DNA of 64,000 nt from Psilocybe cubensis. Lineage: Eukaryota. Of the stretch, positions 38,651 to 51,762 are shown piece after piece (position 1 is the first letter of the stretch; every line of letters begins with the position of its first letter). The translations under genes and the position numbers were made by a program. Location: positions 620,001-684,000 of the forward strand of contig CM039010.1 in NCBI GenBank assembly GCA_017499595.2, read 5' to 3'. The notes under the pieces are model-generated. The model was not told the origin of the DNA. It was given only the letters and a program-made list of their open reading frames with translations, and did not search any database.

Positions 38651-41600
38651 ATGAGTGACTCACCTCCCATTGTTTATGCAGTCCTTCCAGATTCCCCTAC
38701 CGAAGTACAATACTCCTACAATACGCATGAAAGCATCTCTCCAATTATAACTCCTGTTCGGAAGAAAAGAGTCAGCGGAAAAGTATCTCGCCTGGCAAAG
38801 AAACAACGATCGACACCAATCACGTACTCTAAAAGTGGTGAAGAATTTGAAACCGAAACTCAAACAGTACTCCAAGATGATACCAACGAATTAGCACCTT
38901 TTTATGATGAAGAATATGGAGTATCTGCTCCAGAGATAGATACGTTGGGCGAATCAGTGAATGAAGGGGCCTCCAGAACTGATGACGAAGAATACTCGTA
39001 CTTCCTGGATGCAGTACTGGCTGATGAATGTGGCTTTTACCAGCTTACTGGAAATCTTTTTGTTGCAAATGGATGGAGTAATTCTAGGCGCGAGTCTACA
39101 GTGCGTGAAACTGATCAGTAAGAATGTTAATTGTCTAATAATCACTGCAAATATATTTCCAGAAACTCTGGTACCACATTCAACAGATGGAACTTAACGG
39201 GGTATGGAAGGAAACATGCATTTGCCCCAGAAATCACAATAAAACCGAATGTTTTCATGAACGCTTTTTGAGAGAAACTGTTGCGAATGGATTCAAACTT
39301 CCTCTGCCTACAGATGGCAATGGTACGAAGTGTCTTATCTCCTATTAGGACTCAATATGACATCTACTTTTAGATTCTAATAACAATCAGACATTTCTAT
39401 TTTTCAGAAATGAAAGTATAGTAGACGGACAGTATGACAACTACTTTTCAACTCCATCATTTACACGGTTTCCTACGCTGAAAAACAGAGCAGTAGTTGA
39501 ACATCGGGGTGAGGACTCAGGATCAGGATTATGGAGATGCAACAGAGACAATGGGGCAGTGTCATGTGCACATATTGTAGCTGCTCGTCATTCTTTGCAA
39601 CAGCTCATACAAGGAGACTGGAATGCCCGTGACGGAAGTGTTGATGATACGTCAAACTCCAATGAAGTCCAATTTTTAGGTGGCGCGCAATGTTTGTTGC
39701 TTTTTCCCAACTTTCTGTGCTGATGAACTACCATTTAGATAATTCAATACGTCAGATGGCAGGAATTCCTGAGTCTGTGTCCCACAAGCGTCTTCCACCT
39801 CCGTGCTGGGCCAAAATTAAGTCTGATCCGCCAAGTCCTCCCCGAGTGGTGATAAATTCACCACCGGATTATATCCCTTTAAACGAGGGTGATTCCTGCT
39901 CCTGTTCAAATCCGCGTGTCGTATTCAATCCATTAGGACCGACTCAGCAGCAAAAGTGTGTTGTATATACACTGACAGGAGCATTTGTATCCTCAATCAC
40001 CATCCAAAAATGTATCAGCTGCTCTCATCGATACGTGGGCCCCGACTGCAGCAATCTTGGAATCTTCAATTTTAACAATCGCAGTTTGTTTACACATGAC
40101 CTGTTGGACGATTATACTAGCGCATTTTCATCTTCGGAGACACCTTTCATTTCCTGGACGCTGACCATGTCTCGCCGGTATCAAACAAGACAGTCACCAG
40201 TTCCATTTTCAAACGAAAAACTGTTTCGATCTGCTTGGTTTTCTTACATTCGTCTCATGGACTTTGGCCAGGATATGATCTGCTCTATTTGTGGACCTAC
40301 CCCGGATGCAACTATATGGGATGGTGTTACTGTTGCGTACAGTCGGAGAAATTTGCTTCCGTCTTTGACTCCTCCAACAATACAAGGGGAAAGATCAATT
40401 CAGCGGTCAAATGTATGTCCAGTAAAACATATACAGCTTATCCCAAATCGAAATCTTCGACTCCTACTACGCTTTGTTATAAAGGGACCTCAACTCAGCA
40501 CTTTATCAAACCAGGTTTTCTCCGAAGGAACTGTGGAATATGATCGGAACAAAAAACTTGTCGAGAGGATAACAAAAATTCCGGATCTTGTTGAGAAGTT
40601 GTCAGAAATCAACATTAGTCTTGGACGGCTGTTTAACACACATTTTGGACTGGCGGTTGTTCTTCAGCGTGACCCTTTGGATATTTACATAAAGTTTTTC
40701 ACTCAGGTATCATTTTAACATTGTATTTATATCCTAATAATTGATTCCTGAATCACTGTGTAGATTTCTTCGGACGAAAATGCACTGCAAATGATAACGC
40801 ACGGTTCACTAATGGATCTTAGGCGTTTTATTAGGAATCCACTTGATTCCAAAGCATCGGCATTACGATTCATCCCCAGTCTGTACCAAGTGGTTAAGCA
40901 CGAAATCAAAACTGGAAAGTTGAGTGCTGATGTACTTGGTGTCTGTGAATGGCTTTATCTACGATCCAAGGTAGTGTTTGATTTGTTGAGGGTCCATGAA
41001 ATGTCCCAAGCACCGCCTTTGGACAAATATATACCACAGGATGAGTGGTTAAAGGTATGTTTATTTTAATTTGACAATCATATGTTAACAAAATGGAAAT
41101 ATAGACTGGATGCTGCTATGCAATGCCAGCCATTCGCGATCGCTCTTATTACCCAAATTTACCCTATGAAAACGGACTGGATCTTGGGGGAGCTGACATT
41201 GATGAAGATGTTTGCCACAAATACTATTCGACATATTCCAAAAAGCGATTGACCGGTGGCATCATGTGTGTCTGGTGCACACACAGTGTATGCTACGGTT
41301 TTCATTGCATCCGTGCAGCCGAAGGACGAAACGACGTATTTTCGGCAATTTATACCCGATGGAGGAAGGCTCCAAAAGTCGTCGTTTATGATTTTGCATG
41401 TGCACTGCAGCCCTACTGCATGTCCCGTGAACCCGATTTTTTCAAGGATACTTTATTTGCTATTGACATCTTCCACTCAAGCGAGCATAAATGTGGAGAG
41501 GCATGTTTTCTGTCCACATACTGCGCTGACAATCCAGAGTTGCTAAAACTCAACTCGAGTGCTGCAGAATGTGGGAATAGTGGGATTGCCAAAATTCGGA

Positions 41601-41704
41601 AAGCTGTTAGCTACATGACACAGGAAAGGGCGGTGATGTATATGCGAGTTTTCTTCTCTATATGGAACAGGCAACAGATTCAGAAGATGGAAGGTAGACA
41701 GTGA
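38651..41704 (+). CDS. KDZ (Kyakuja-Dileera-Zisupton) transposase with SWIM zinc finger(s) and CxC4-like cysteine cluster, about 6 exons
   Basis: SWIM-type CICPRNHNKTECFH and WRC...SCAH; QKCISCSHRYVGPDCSNLGIFNFNN...ETPF; catalytic-region motifs IWDGVT, TGGIMCVWCTH, VYDFAC, IDIFHSSEHKC, NSSAAECGN; no premature stop noticed. Confidence 0.85.
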
Positions 41705-41799
41705 TAGTCAATATAGAAATCTATTATATTTTTGTATGGCTCACATTTGGATGAGTACAGAAAACCAAGCTTATATTAGGCATTGACTAAATCCTAAGC

Positions 41800-42345
41800 A
41801 CTGACTCGGACTCATGGCATGATACTTGCCTTCTGCTGATGTACCATTTTCTGCCATTTGACGCTGTGAGGCACCAAAAGGTGCGTAAATGTCACGGCAT
41901 GCCATGAGCTGTACCCTTTGCTGCCATTAGACGCCGTGAGGCACCAAAAGGTGCGTAAATGTCAAGGCATGCCATGAGCCGCCCCTTCAAGGATTCCTGG
42001 TGCACCAGACTAAACACAGGCATGCGCTGAGTCCTCACACACGACATTTTCTGCTATTCAATGCCCTGAGGCACCACAAAATGTAGAAATGCTAATGAGC
42101 GGCCATTTCAAGGATCCAGCGCATCAGACTGAGCACGGCTCACGTTTTCTGTCATTCAACGCCGTGAGGCACCAAAGGGTGCATAAATGTCACAGCATGG
42201 CATGAGCCGCCCCTTCAAGGAGTCCTGGTGCACCATACTACGCACAGTTCTTACAGGCATGCGCTGAGCCTTTATGCACAAGATTTGCTGGTATTTGATG
42301 CCCTAAAGCACCAGAAGCAGACTGAGGATGGTTCCCATAGGCATG
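41800..42345. repeat. Right subterminal repeat region of the transposon
   Basis: GCCGTGAGGCACCAAAAGGTGCGTAAATGTCACGGCATGCCATGAGC and related units repeated several times. Confidence 0.85.
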
Positions 42346-42484
42346 CTCAATATAAATTATCAAAATGATATATCTAAATACGGAAGGGCGCACATGTAAG
42401 GTGCGTACTTGGCTGGCATGTCGGGTTCATACTACAGAGGCATGTAGGGCACAATATACAGTAATTGTATACGGACGATTTGCG

Positions 42485-43417
42485 TTGCATCGCGTCACGG
42501 ATTGTGAGTGGAATTTTACTGAAATTTTCATTGCGGGACAGTGCTCCTGGTTTGCGCAACTCGGCCACGTTGGCTTTCAGTAGTCGGAGGATAGTAGATG
42601 GGTCGATTTTCCCCCAGACATAGCTCAGAGCGATGTATCGGCAGTGATGAGGAGGTTGTATAACGCAATTATCAATGACATCAATGAGCCGGAAAGAAGG
42701 GATCTCGTTTACTGGATCCTTGATTTCGTGTTCCAGCATTTTTGACTGGGTGCAGAAGTCACCGTGGCCTTCCCGACACATTTCCATCCAGTTTTTGACC
42801 ATCCCAAAATCAATTTGGTCTTTGATCAGTCGGGCGAAAAAGGATTTTGAAGATGTGGGTGCGTCGTTGGCAAGTAAAGTGATTTCAGGGAACATATTGG
42901 ACCTTTCGAGATCAGCAATATAGCCGCCACCGACCTTTTGAGCGTAGGGTCTAAGAACGCGAATCTGAGGGATATGTCGCCATGGTTGGTTTGGATCAGG
43001 TCTTGGGCCGTCGGTGTTCCAACTCATTGTTACTTCGACATCAATCCCTTCTTCTGTTTCTACAGGTTCCCCTTTGAAAAGTGCCTTCAAGACCAAACGA
43101 CAGAAGGGACAATTGGACTTGCTTTTAATATCCTTCACGAGGCCTAACTTAATATTGGGATTATCCGGTACATTTTGATTCTCTCCATCACTAGGATGAA
43201 CAACAAATCGACTTGGCGTAAGCTTGAGTGATTTACAGGTGCTGCACAGTGTATCGTTGGGTTTCGAGAAAGCGTTTGGCGGCACTGGCAAGAGATCAGG
43301 GACCGTGACGCGAGAACCATCGTCGTTGTTATCGCCATTTTCAGACTCAGATTCCCAATCATTTGGATCTTCACCGGCTTCGAGAATCCTTCGAAGAAGT
43401 CCTGGGCTTATAGGCAT
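42485..43417 (-). pseudogene. HET-domain protein, N-terminal portion (gene interrupted by transposon)
   Basis: LCSTC, CPFCRL, W...C...H..[26 protein letters not shown]; the HET consensus breaks off exactly at the TSD. Confidence 0.9.
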
Positions 43418-43914
43418 TTGGTTACTTTTTGCAGGGGTCGATTAAAGAGTTGATGAAGAGAAGTCTATCCAGTGTATGATAATGTTGAGAGCATCGGAAG
43501 TCCTTTTATCACCAACGTTAATCTGGGATACTCGAATCAATACTTCTACGCCTCGTTGTTGACACCTGAGTTTTCCGGCGAGATTTGTCTTCCGGTGACG
43601 TGTTTATTCTTGCCTCTGGAACAGAAATGGCAGCGAAACTTGAATTACTGGCCAAGCTTTTCCACGGGAGACATATGAAGGTCACCATCTGTTCATTCTA
43701 TATATAAACTAGGTAGATCTCCGTTCAATGTGAGGCTCAGGCGTGTAGTGTGGAGATTCAAGATAACATATCCTTACTAGATGGTCTAGGTTTGTATCCT
43801 TGAACTTCAGAATTTGGCAATCGTTACGGATCGCATTGAATGCGCCATGTCATAATCATCTTAGAGGCGTACTTGGATGGGGATCAAAAGGGCTAAATAA
43901 AATTGAAATCGGTG

Positions 43915-46900
43915 CTAGATCAGATCAACTACTCCTCTACCTGGCGAAATAATACCGGCCACCTTTCCCTCAAAGTCGAGAATAGTTTTTCCCCTGACAG
44001 CAACTAGATCGCTATCATGGGAAGTGACACCCAATAAGCGCTCAAGATTGGTTGACGCCAGAGCTATAGCTTCACGGAATGATAATCCGCTATCCAATGC
44101 CGCCTGATCATCGTTCATTATTTAAAACTTCGACTACTAAGAACTGACTGGAACTTACCCATGCAAGATCAAAACGGATATTTCTAGAGCTCCACTGCTC
44201 CACGACCCCAATTGCGACTGTCACGTTGTTCCTACGCAGCACAGAGATCGAGTTATCCATAGTCAGCGGCGGACCCGGTAGACTAATAAAAATGAGGTCC
44301 GTTATTATTCTTTCCCACTTCCTTGGAATCTGGCTTCTGCGACTCACATTCTCCTGGACTGCCATTGTTTCGGGAAGGAACGAGATGGTCGCAAAATTAC
44401 TCCAATCCCAGCCTCACTAATTTCTTTGGCTACAAGGTGAGCCTCCTCAGCTCCCGCAAACGTCATTTGTATAGATTTTCCACTGCTTGTTTCGACCTCC
44501 CGCTTTAGATCAATCAGCGAAGCCATGATGTCTGCATTATTGACTTGAATGACGAGCGGTATTTGACCCTATTCATTGTTATCGCAGTAAGATAAGTAAA
44601 TAGTAAAGTAGAAAGAATTGTCATAAAAGATCATACCTCAATTACCCTAGAAAAACTTGCACCGAGATTACCTTTGCCTTCTCCATGAAGCAGGCTTCGT
44701 AAAACGCCTATTTGCGTGCTAACGCTGATAGCTGAAGAGCCAACGGAGACATGCAGTGCAGTTTCTTCTTGTAGCACTGCACCAGTCGCTAATTTGTGAG
44801 GAGATCCAGTGTTGAATGCAGTTCCTAGCCCACTGATCAAACCTGACGAGGTCGGAGCAGTAACACCGAGAGTCACTCCAGAGCGATATGCAAGTCTGAA
44901 GCACTTGTAGGGTTAGGTACATTTCATAAAATGTAGTCCAGTACCCACAGAGCGTCTCTAGTGCCGAACTGAAGTCCATCCACGGCCCTTATAACACTGC
45001 CCTTGCCGAGAATGGAAGGTGCATCGGACACTAAAGGGTCGTGAACTGCACCGTCATTGGTAGACGCTTCACCATCAATATGATTAAGAGCCAAGCGACT
45101 TCCGAAGCTGATAAGCGCCGGTCTGATACAAAATGTAAGCAACTTATGACTCATTGACTCGAGGAGGAATTCAGCACTCACGAAATGGATCCACCTTCAA
45201 GGTCAATGATTTGGACTCCCTCCCGCAAGCTAGAAGGACAGTCTCTCGATAATCCAAAGCAGACAATTTTTCCATGTTCAACCAGGACAACACCCAGGGG
45301 ACCATCGACAGCGGAAGTAAACACTTGACGGAGTTCCGATCCATCCTTGAGGAGAACAACATCGACATTCGTAAAGAGAACAGTAGATGCTTTGGCGTGA
45401 TCCGTCTCTAGAGGAGGAAGCCCATCATATTCAACGGCGTCTTTTGCCTCTTTCGAAAAATCGGGAGTTTTGGGGATACGTTGTAGGAAGTCAGGTTTTT
45501 TATTTACGTGTGGGTTATTGAGCTGTGCAATTCCATCGATGAAGACCTGAACAGGTGTTGCCCCAATAGCCAGAGGATGACTGTCCCAGATGACAATATC
45601 TATCGTTTGTGTAAACGCAAATCACGAGTAACAAGTCTTGTTCGTACCAGCATCGTATCCAGGTTTGATATACCCAATCCTGTGATCATATCCAAGAACG
45701 GTGGCAGGTGTCGATGTCACTGACGCCAATGCAAGATTAGGCGGCAAACCGAAATAATGAGCCTGCTGTGCTTCATGTAACAGATAACGGGAATCCAGAA
45801 CTGGGTGATCGCTCTAACATTACTTGGTAAGCAAAGTTGGAGGCGCAGAAAGTATGAGAACATCAATATCTTACCTTCATCACGACTTGTAATCCATTGT
45901 CAGCCAAAATACGAGCAGCAAATTCAGATCCTCGATAAGCCTCGCGTTTATACCGCGCGTTAGTCGCAAACATGGCGATAGCAGGTGGGTGACCTACACT
46001 CGATTACGTCGAATGCGTTGCAACATCAAGTGGCCAACCAACTACACGTACCGTATGCTTTTTTCAACAAGTCTGGTACTAGGTAAGTCTCGTGGGCATG
46101 ATGGAAAGCCGCAATAGAGAACTTGAACTCGTTGGTCAACTATTTTGACCAAAGTAGGTTAGCACTCAATATCACACCATGGCGTTTATGCATTTAACGT
46201 ACGCGAACGATTCCATCGAGGTCCACCCCTTCATAGCAGTGGTTATGAATCTGTTGCAGTACAAGTATTAGTTTTATTATAATTTTGCTTACTTGATACG
46301 CAGGAATACCTTAACACGACCACGCAGAACATCTACTAGGGCTTCCCACTGTAAATCTTCTGGAAAGTTCCCGAGGTCCTTCCATTGTCCGTCTAATGCT
46401 TTCGCACAAAACTCATCTTGCTTTTCCTTGATTTTACGAGCGGTATTGTATCTGGACAAGGCATTTATTAAAATTCGCATGGCCAAGGAGTATTTTTTAC
46501 CCTTCTCTGAACGCCCAAATTGTGTCCATGCGAGTATTGGAGTACACACGACCTATTGGACTATCAGATTTATTTATACGCGCATCAAAATTGATACAGA
46601 CTTGGGTTTTCACCACACGCATGTCTGCCGCGTCAAAATAATCAGTAAACGCATTATTCATCAAAGTACGAAGTCCTCTACGCACTTCATTTGCCTCCAA
46701 CGAGGCGGTGATGAATTGGTGTTGGTTCCATTCAGCTCAAAAGGAGGTTCAAGAACCATGGCACTCGATGACCTTTCTGAAGTAGGTCTAAGCTTGATTG
46801 TAAACGCCTGTCCTCCTGAGAAAGGCTTAAATGTCATCACTTAAATGGAGAGCACACACCAACCTATAGCATTGGCAGATCCCGGAAGAACATTTGCAGT

Positions 46901-47561
46901 TGTGACACCGCCAGAGACTGATAGTCTATAGGCCTCGTCATGGGTGTTAAGTCCATCAAGCGATCGAAGCCAGGGTAGGATTGGTCCTTTATGAGAGTTG
47001 CCGTCATTGGAACCCTTCAATGAAGGCGCGCTGCTTACTCCAAGATGTGAATGAAGATCCACTATCCTATAATACGAGTCAAGTCAATAGATAGACAAAC
47101 AAAACAATGCAGCTATACCCTGGGGTAATCCAAGATCCTCCAGCATCGATGATAATGAGGTTGCTATAAGCTTTCAACGACGTGTCCTTAATCTTGCCTA
47201 TTTGTTTGATAAGACCATTGTCGAGAAGAATATCTCCGGTAACGACTTCGTTTCCCGAATCACGTCCAGTCCAAATGCTAGCGTTTCTCAAGAGCGTTGG
47301 AGGTGTCCCTGCGACATATCTGTCCGAACGTTCTCTTTGGTGGAAATTGGCAGGGGGGGCGGGTAACATATGTAGGGTTTGACACTTCTGGACTATCTGA
47401 GCCGCATTGAGAGGAACTTTGGTAGAATGTAGAGGTTTCCATCCGAAGGTCAAGCCCAGAGAAGAAATGGTGGCAACAACTACAAGGAGGCTGGCCACAA
47501 GTGCCCTCAACAGGGAGAAACGATTAGTATGTCCAAGATGAAGCGGTGGTCGTTTATCCAT
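43915..47561 (-). CDS. Two-domain metallo-dependent amidohydrolase family protein with N-terminal membrane anchor, multi-exon
   Basis: TLLRNASIWTG, DAGGSWITPG, DLHSHLGV, GGVTTANVLPGSANAIG, HCYE, FHHAHETY, SDHPV, DADIVIWDSHPL, and a second degenerate repeat. Confidence 0.85.
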
Positions 47562-47967
47562 TGTGGTGGTTGGAGATAAGGCCACTAACCTGAGAACAAA
47601 AGTTGATTTCCACCATTGTCAGTGAGCGCGTGAGTGGCCGCCTTATGGTACAAAGATAGATGATGGTAGGCTACGGATGTAAGCCAAGGTGCTAGCCGTC
47701 GCAGGAGTCAGTCACGAGGGAGAAGATGCTGATGACACCAAATATACAACAATTCTAATTTTTTTGGAGAAACATAGAATGAACCATCTCGGCAACCCAT
47801 TTTGTCATTTGTATATGTTCTAAGAGGATTTGAAGATGCAAAATAACAAGCAAAACGGTAGATTTTTTTTGTCGGACAGGATACGTACAAAAATTTGGCT
47901 TTGTTTGTTTGTTCGCTTTGCTTGCAACTAAGGAATTAGGGGATCTGTCCAGGCTCTATTGTTTGCC

Positions 47968-48765
47968 ATGGTAGGAGCATATTTTAACACAGTCGCCTTC
48001 CTACTACCAACTTTACTAAACCAAAAACACTACCAGGACAATAACGAGGAGGGAGTACAAGGCTCTCAGACTGTCAAACCGCGCACAAGCGAGTCCGACG
48101 CAGAGTCTTTCTGGGAGTGTATTCGGGCCTGTAAATCCTTTCAGTCTGAAAGGTCCGAGGGTCTCAAAGTATGTGCGATAAATTTAACAATGAACACCTA
48201 ATACGACAAGTTTCAGGCTGAACAAGAGACCTCACGCTCTTCAGTGCGTCGCAGTCGAGACCCTGAAAGTGACTCTGAAGTTGGAAACACTACTTTGCCA
48301 AAGCAGAAGCATAGGAAAATGTCTGACTCTCCCAGTATCGCGCGTACTAAAATTCTAGCTTATCCTAGCAAACGAGTCCGGCGAGTCCAAGCATTCACAA
48401 GAAGAAGCAAAACTCCAGATGACTCAATTGACATTGCCCCAACAGCCGTCAATGTTAAAATAATGTCATCACTGCAACGTACTTTTAAGACAATTGACCG
48501 CGTGGAGCGGTTGCAGAGAAAAAGGATTATGACGCTCCCGGAAAATTTGGAACAGGAGCGCATGGTAGGAGATTTTGTGAACGGTTGGTTTTCCAATGTG
48601 CAAAGGCAGATAAGGTTCGACGTCGAGGAGGAAGAGGATTGCATCTCGCTCGAAGATAATATCTCAACTGACTGCACTGATGATGTGATTGAAGGCGATT
48701 TGTCTAACAGCGAGTGTGGCGAGGATGAACTCTTTGACGACGAAAGTGATAAAAATCGGGAATGA
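47968..48765 (+). CDS. Hypothetical protein, basic middle and acidic C-terminus (probably 2 exons)
   Basis: ATG at 47968; probable intron about 48169-48217; 173-codon second ORF ending in a D/E-rich tail. Confidence 0.45.
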
Positions 48766-48922
48766 CGATCCATTATTATCACGCTCTCTCAATCCGACAG
48801 GCACCGAGTTTCTCTCATTTTATTTTTTCAATTTCGCTTATGTAGAAATGTGCAAGCGTATTAAAGGCGGGCCAAACAGCGGGGATCAGTAGACGGTCCC
48901 TTAATCTTACCCAAGCACCGAG

Positions 48923-50575
48923 TCACCCAGATCCAAGAACACCAGGAAATGGGTGATCATGATTTCCTACTACCATTCCAAAGCCTTCCCTGGCATCCAA
49001 AAACAATAATTCGCCCTTCTCGTTCTTTGACAACTTGGCCACTGGGTAAGGCAACGAATAAGGCTGAGAGATATTGGTGATAGACTGAAGTCGTCTGAAT
49101 TTCCCCTTCTGTGCCAACTTGAATGCCCCATTGAAGAATATTTTTTTTGTCGCGGTGACATCCCAGCTGTCGCCCCCTGGGTAAGACAAATAAATTCTCT
49201 CGAGCCATATAAGCCCAGACAGAATATCTTCATGACATAAAATATCCTGAAGATGATTGAGTAAAAGATTACAGTGAACCGGAAATAAGAACCAACAAAA
49301 ATTTCTTGCCCACTTAAATCGTTGTTTTGAAGACCTATCTCCTCCAAGAGGGGTGCATGGCTTTCAATGGATTTCAATATGTTGTCCAATTCTTTCCGGT
49401 ACCCAGGACCGCTGTGGCGGATAATTTCTATCTGCAAGCTTTTGAGGAACGGTAATCCCATGGGTTTATAACTTTGCAGCAGACGAAGAAGATCTGATCC
49501 AGGGGCATTTTGAACTCCAAGTCTAATTAATCGTGGTAAAATAGATATCACTTTCGCGACTTCCTTCCAATCGGCCTTGAAAGAAGATGTAGTGATTGAT
49601 ATTACAGGGAAAGCTAGCACCGGACATACCTCAAAGTATATAAGATTGCCTAGCAATCCAGCTGGAATGTCGTCCGAAAACCAGCGTTTTCCCCTTGAGC
49701 ATCCAGACAGTTTTATTCTTTCCAGCTTTGGATGACGATTCCAGAATGACATGGCATCCGAGGTATCGGCCAGATAAAATGACGACAGGCTCAAGTTTCT
49801 GAGTCTTGGAAAATGAAACAAGGAAATAGGCGCCCTGAATCTTATATCAAAGTCCAATGAAATGGTGTGTAGGGACTCTGAGAGGTTTGTAAAGCTTCTG
49901 GACATCGTATCAAATCCTTGTCTTCCTGTAGCGCTGCGGTGAAAACTGAGTCCAATTGCATCAAGGTGCTATGGAAAAATTAAAACTATTTATTCTTGTA
50001 ATGGTTCCAATTCTTACATTAAAGTCTCTGAACTCATAAATCCCTGAGTCTGCGATCCATGGTGACAATGGGATGTCCTCCAATCCTGATAGAATTACGG
50101 ACTTGACGCACGGACAGTTTTGGGTCAGTGCACGCCAGAACGTGGCTGATAAGATTCCATATCCTTTAGGTTGATAGAAGCGCCATTCCCGAAGGAGGTG
50201 GATGTTTAACTTTTTCAAGTTTGGAACAACACCGTCAGATAGGAGCCTTTCCACACATCTGATGGCATCCCAGGTTAAAGGACCGGTTTTGTCGCACTGT
50301 CTTGTTTCCTCAGAGAGTCCAGACATGATATGTAGACCTCTGACGCGTAATCCAAGGGCTGGTGTGGTGAGAAGCTTGTATATTGTGCGTTGCGTATCTT
50401 TTTCATTTCTCAAGATCACTTGAGAATAGAGTAGCGGATAGCACACATCGTAGAAGCTGTGATTAACGAGGGAAAGTGAAAGGAGAACCGATGGTGACGC
50501 ATGTAATGGAACAAAGCATATAATGTGCGGGAAAACATCAGTGGGGAGGTCCTCTATCCCAAGATAAGGAGACAT
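48923..50575 (-). CDS. F-box-like / LRR protein, multi-exon
   Basis: IEDLPTDVFPHII...LSLSLVNHSFY...PLLYSQV; FHFPRLRNLSL, FWNRHPKLE. Confidence 0.7.
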
Positions 50576-50768
50576 CTGCCAGTCAGATCAGAGGCGTTAT
50601 GGAGGTAACTGGTGAAGGAAGAGAGTACTTAAGTACTTAGCGCTTGGCGCTTAAACTAGTAGCCGGGCGCTGCGTCAAATCAACCACGCAGCGGCAAATT
50701 TTACTGTGAACGAATCGCAGTCGAAAGCATTGTCACATTCACCTCCATCGCAGCCACATTACTCCTTA

Positions 50769-51708
50769 TCTGTATATCTATATAGAAAGAGAGGAAGGTC
50801 CCTTGCTTACCTAAATTTTACATAAGCAAGACTCTCCTGTCCCCGGGACCGAGCAAGTCCGCCAACCAAACAAATACGCGCACGCCGCGCGTGGTCAGAT
50901 GCGAGGTGCGCGCGGCACACAACTTGAGGTGAACGGGTTTGTTCGTTTTAATGCATTAATATTTTTCTTTGAACCAAGCAGAGACGCACACGCCGTGTGG
51001 GGTCAGATGCGGGAGTTGCAGTATTTTTGTTTGAACCAAACAAATATGCACCCCACGCGTGGTCAGATGCGGGAGGTGTGTGCAGCGTGAATGATCATAA
51101 CTTGAGGTGAACGGGTTCTTTCTGTGCTCCTAGAAGATTCACCCAACGGGTTTCCAGGTGCTACAGCACGGGTTCCAATTACTTGAACGGGTCCAAGATA
51201 ATTTAAGATAATACCAAATACATTGTGTACAAAATGAAAGAATTACAATTTAATATATGTCTATGATGACTTAGAATACCTCCTGAAAGGTTCAGCTTGA
51301 TGGGTTTCCCAATGTGCAAAGCATGGATTCCAATTATTTCAACGGGTACTGGGTTCTACAAAATCCACATGTAAATGATTTCAGTAAGTGATTGAAATTT
51401 CTTTCAGAGGTGAGCAGGTCTACGTAGTTCTGAATATGCTTTACAACTATGTATATTGTCCAAAATGCTCCTGCATGGGGCTGGGATTGCAAAATTGCAT
51501 GAAAAAAATTCCCTCACCTGACGGGTTGCGTGTAACAGAGAATAGAAGGTGTAAATTGAATAATTAAATTGAAATAATATATCAATGAGGAGGCGCGAAG
51601 CGCCGACGGGGTCGAGGGGCGCAGCCCCCGCGAGCTGTTGGCCCGTCTGCGAAGCAAGTGGGTTCGCTTCGCTCACCCCCGGCGCGTAGCGACGGGTCAT
51701 AAAGCTCG
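50769..51708 (+). mobile_element. Non-autonomous Helitron (~940 bp)
   Basis: Inserted between A (50768) and T (51709), no TSD; 5' TCTGTATATCTATATAG; subterminal hairpin CCCGGCGC-GTA-GCGACGGG (51678-51696) 12 bp before the 3' end, which is CTCG; internal short tandem repeats. Confidence 0.7.
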
Positions 51709-51762
51709 TAGATAGTACCGTTCGACGGCTAGCCCGCAGCTTGGAAGTGCTATTACATAACA

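Larger units (their letters stand above)
25480..42484. mobile_element. Giant (17.0 kb) KDZ/Zisupton-type DNA transposon with cargo genes
   Basis: TTGCATCG direct repeat at 25472-25479 and 42485-42492; removing the element and one repeat restores the HET reading frame ([12 protein letters not shown]); contains a KDZ transposase gene and subterminal minisatellites. Confidence 0.85.

Noticed and set aside
25480-42484. Starship or LTR retrotransposon identity; TET/JBP cargo
   Set aside because: No tyrosine recombinase at the 5' end, no LTRs or RT motifs, and no 2OG-Fe(II) dioxygenase motif recognised in the cargo ORFs
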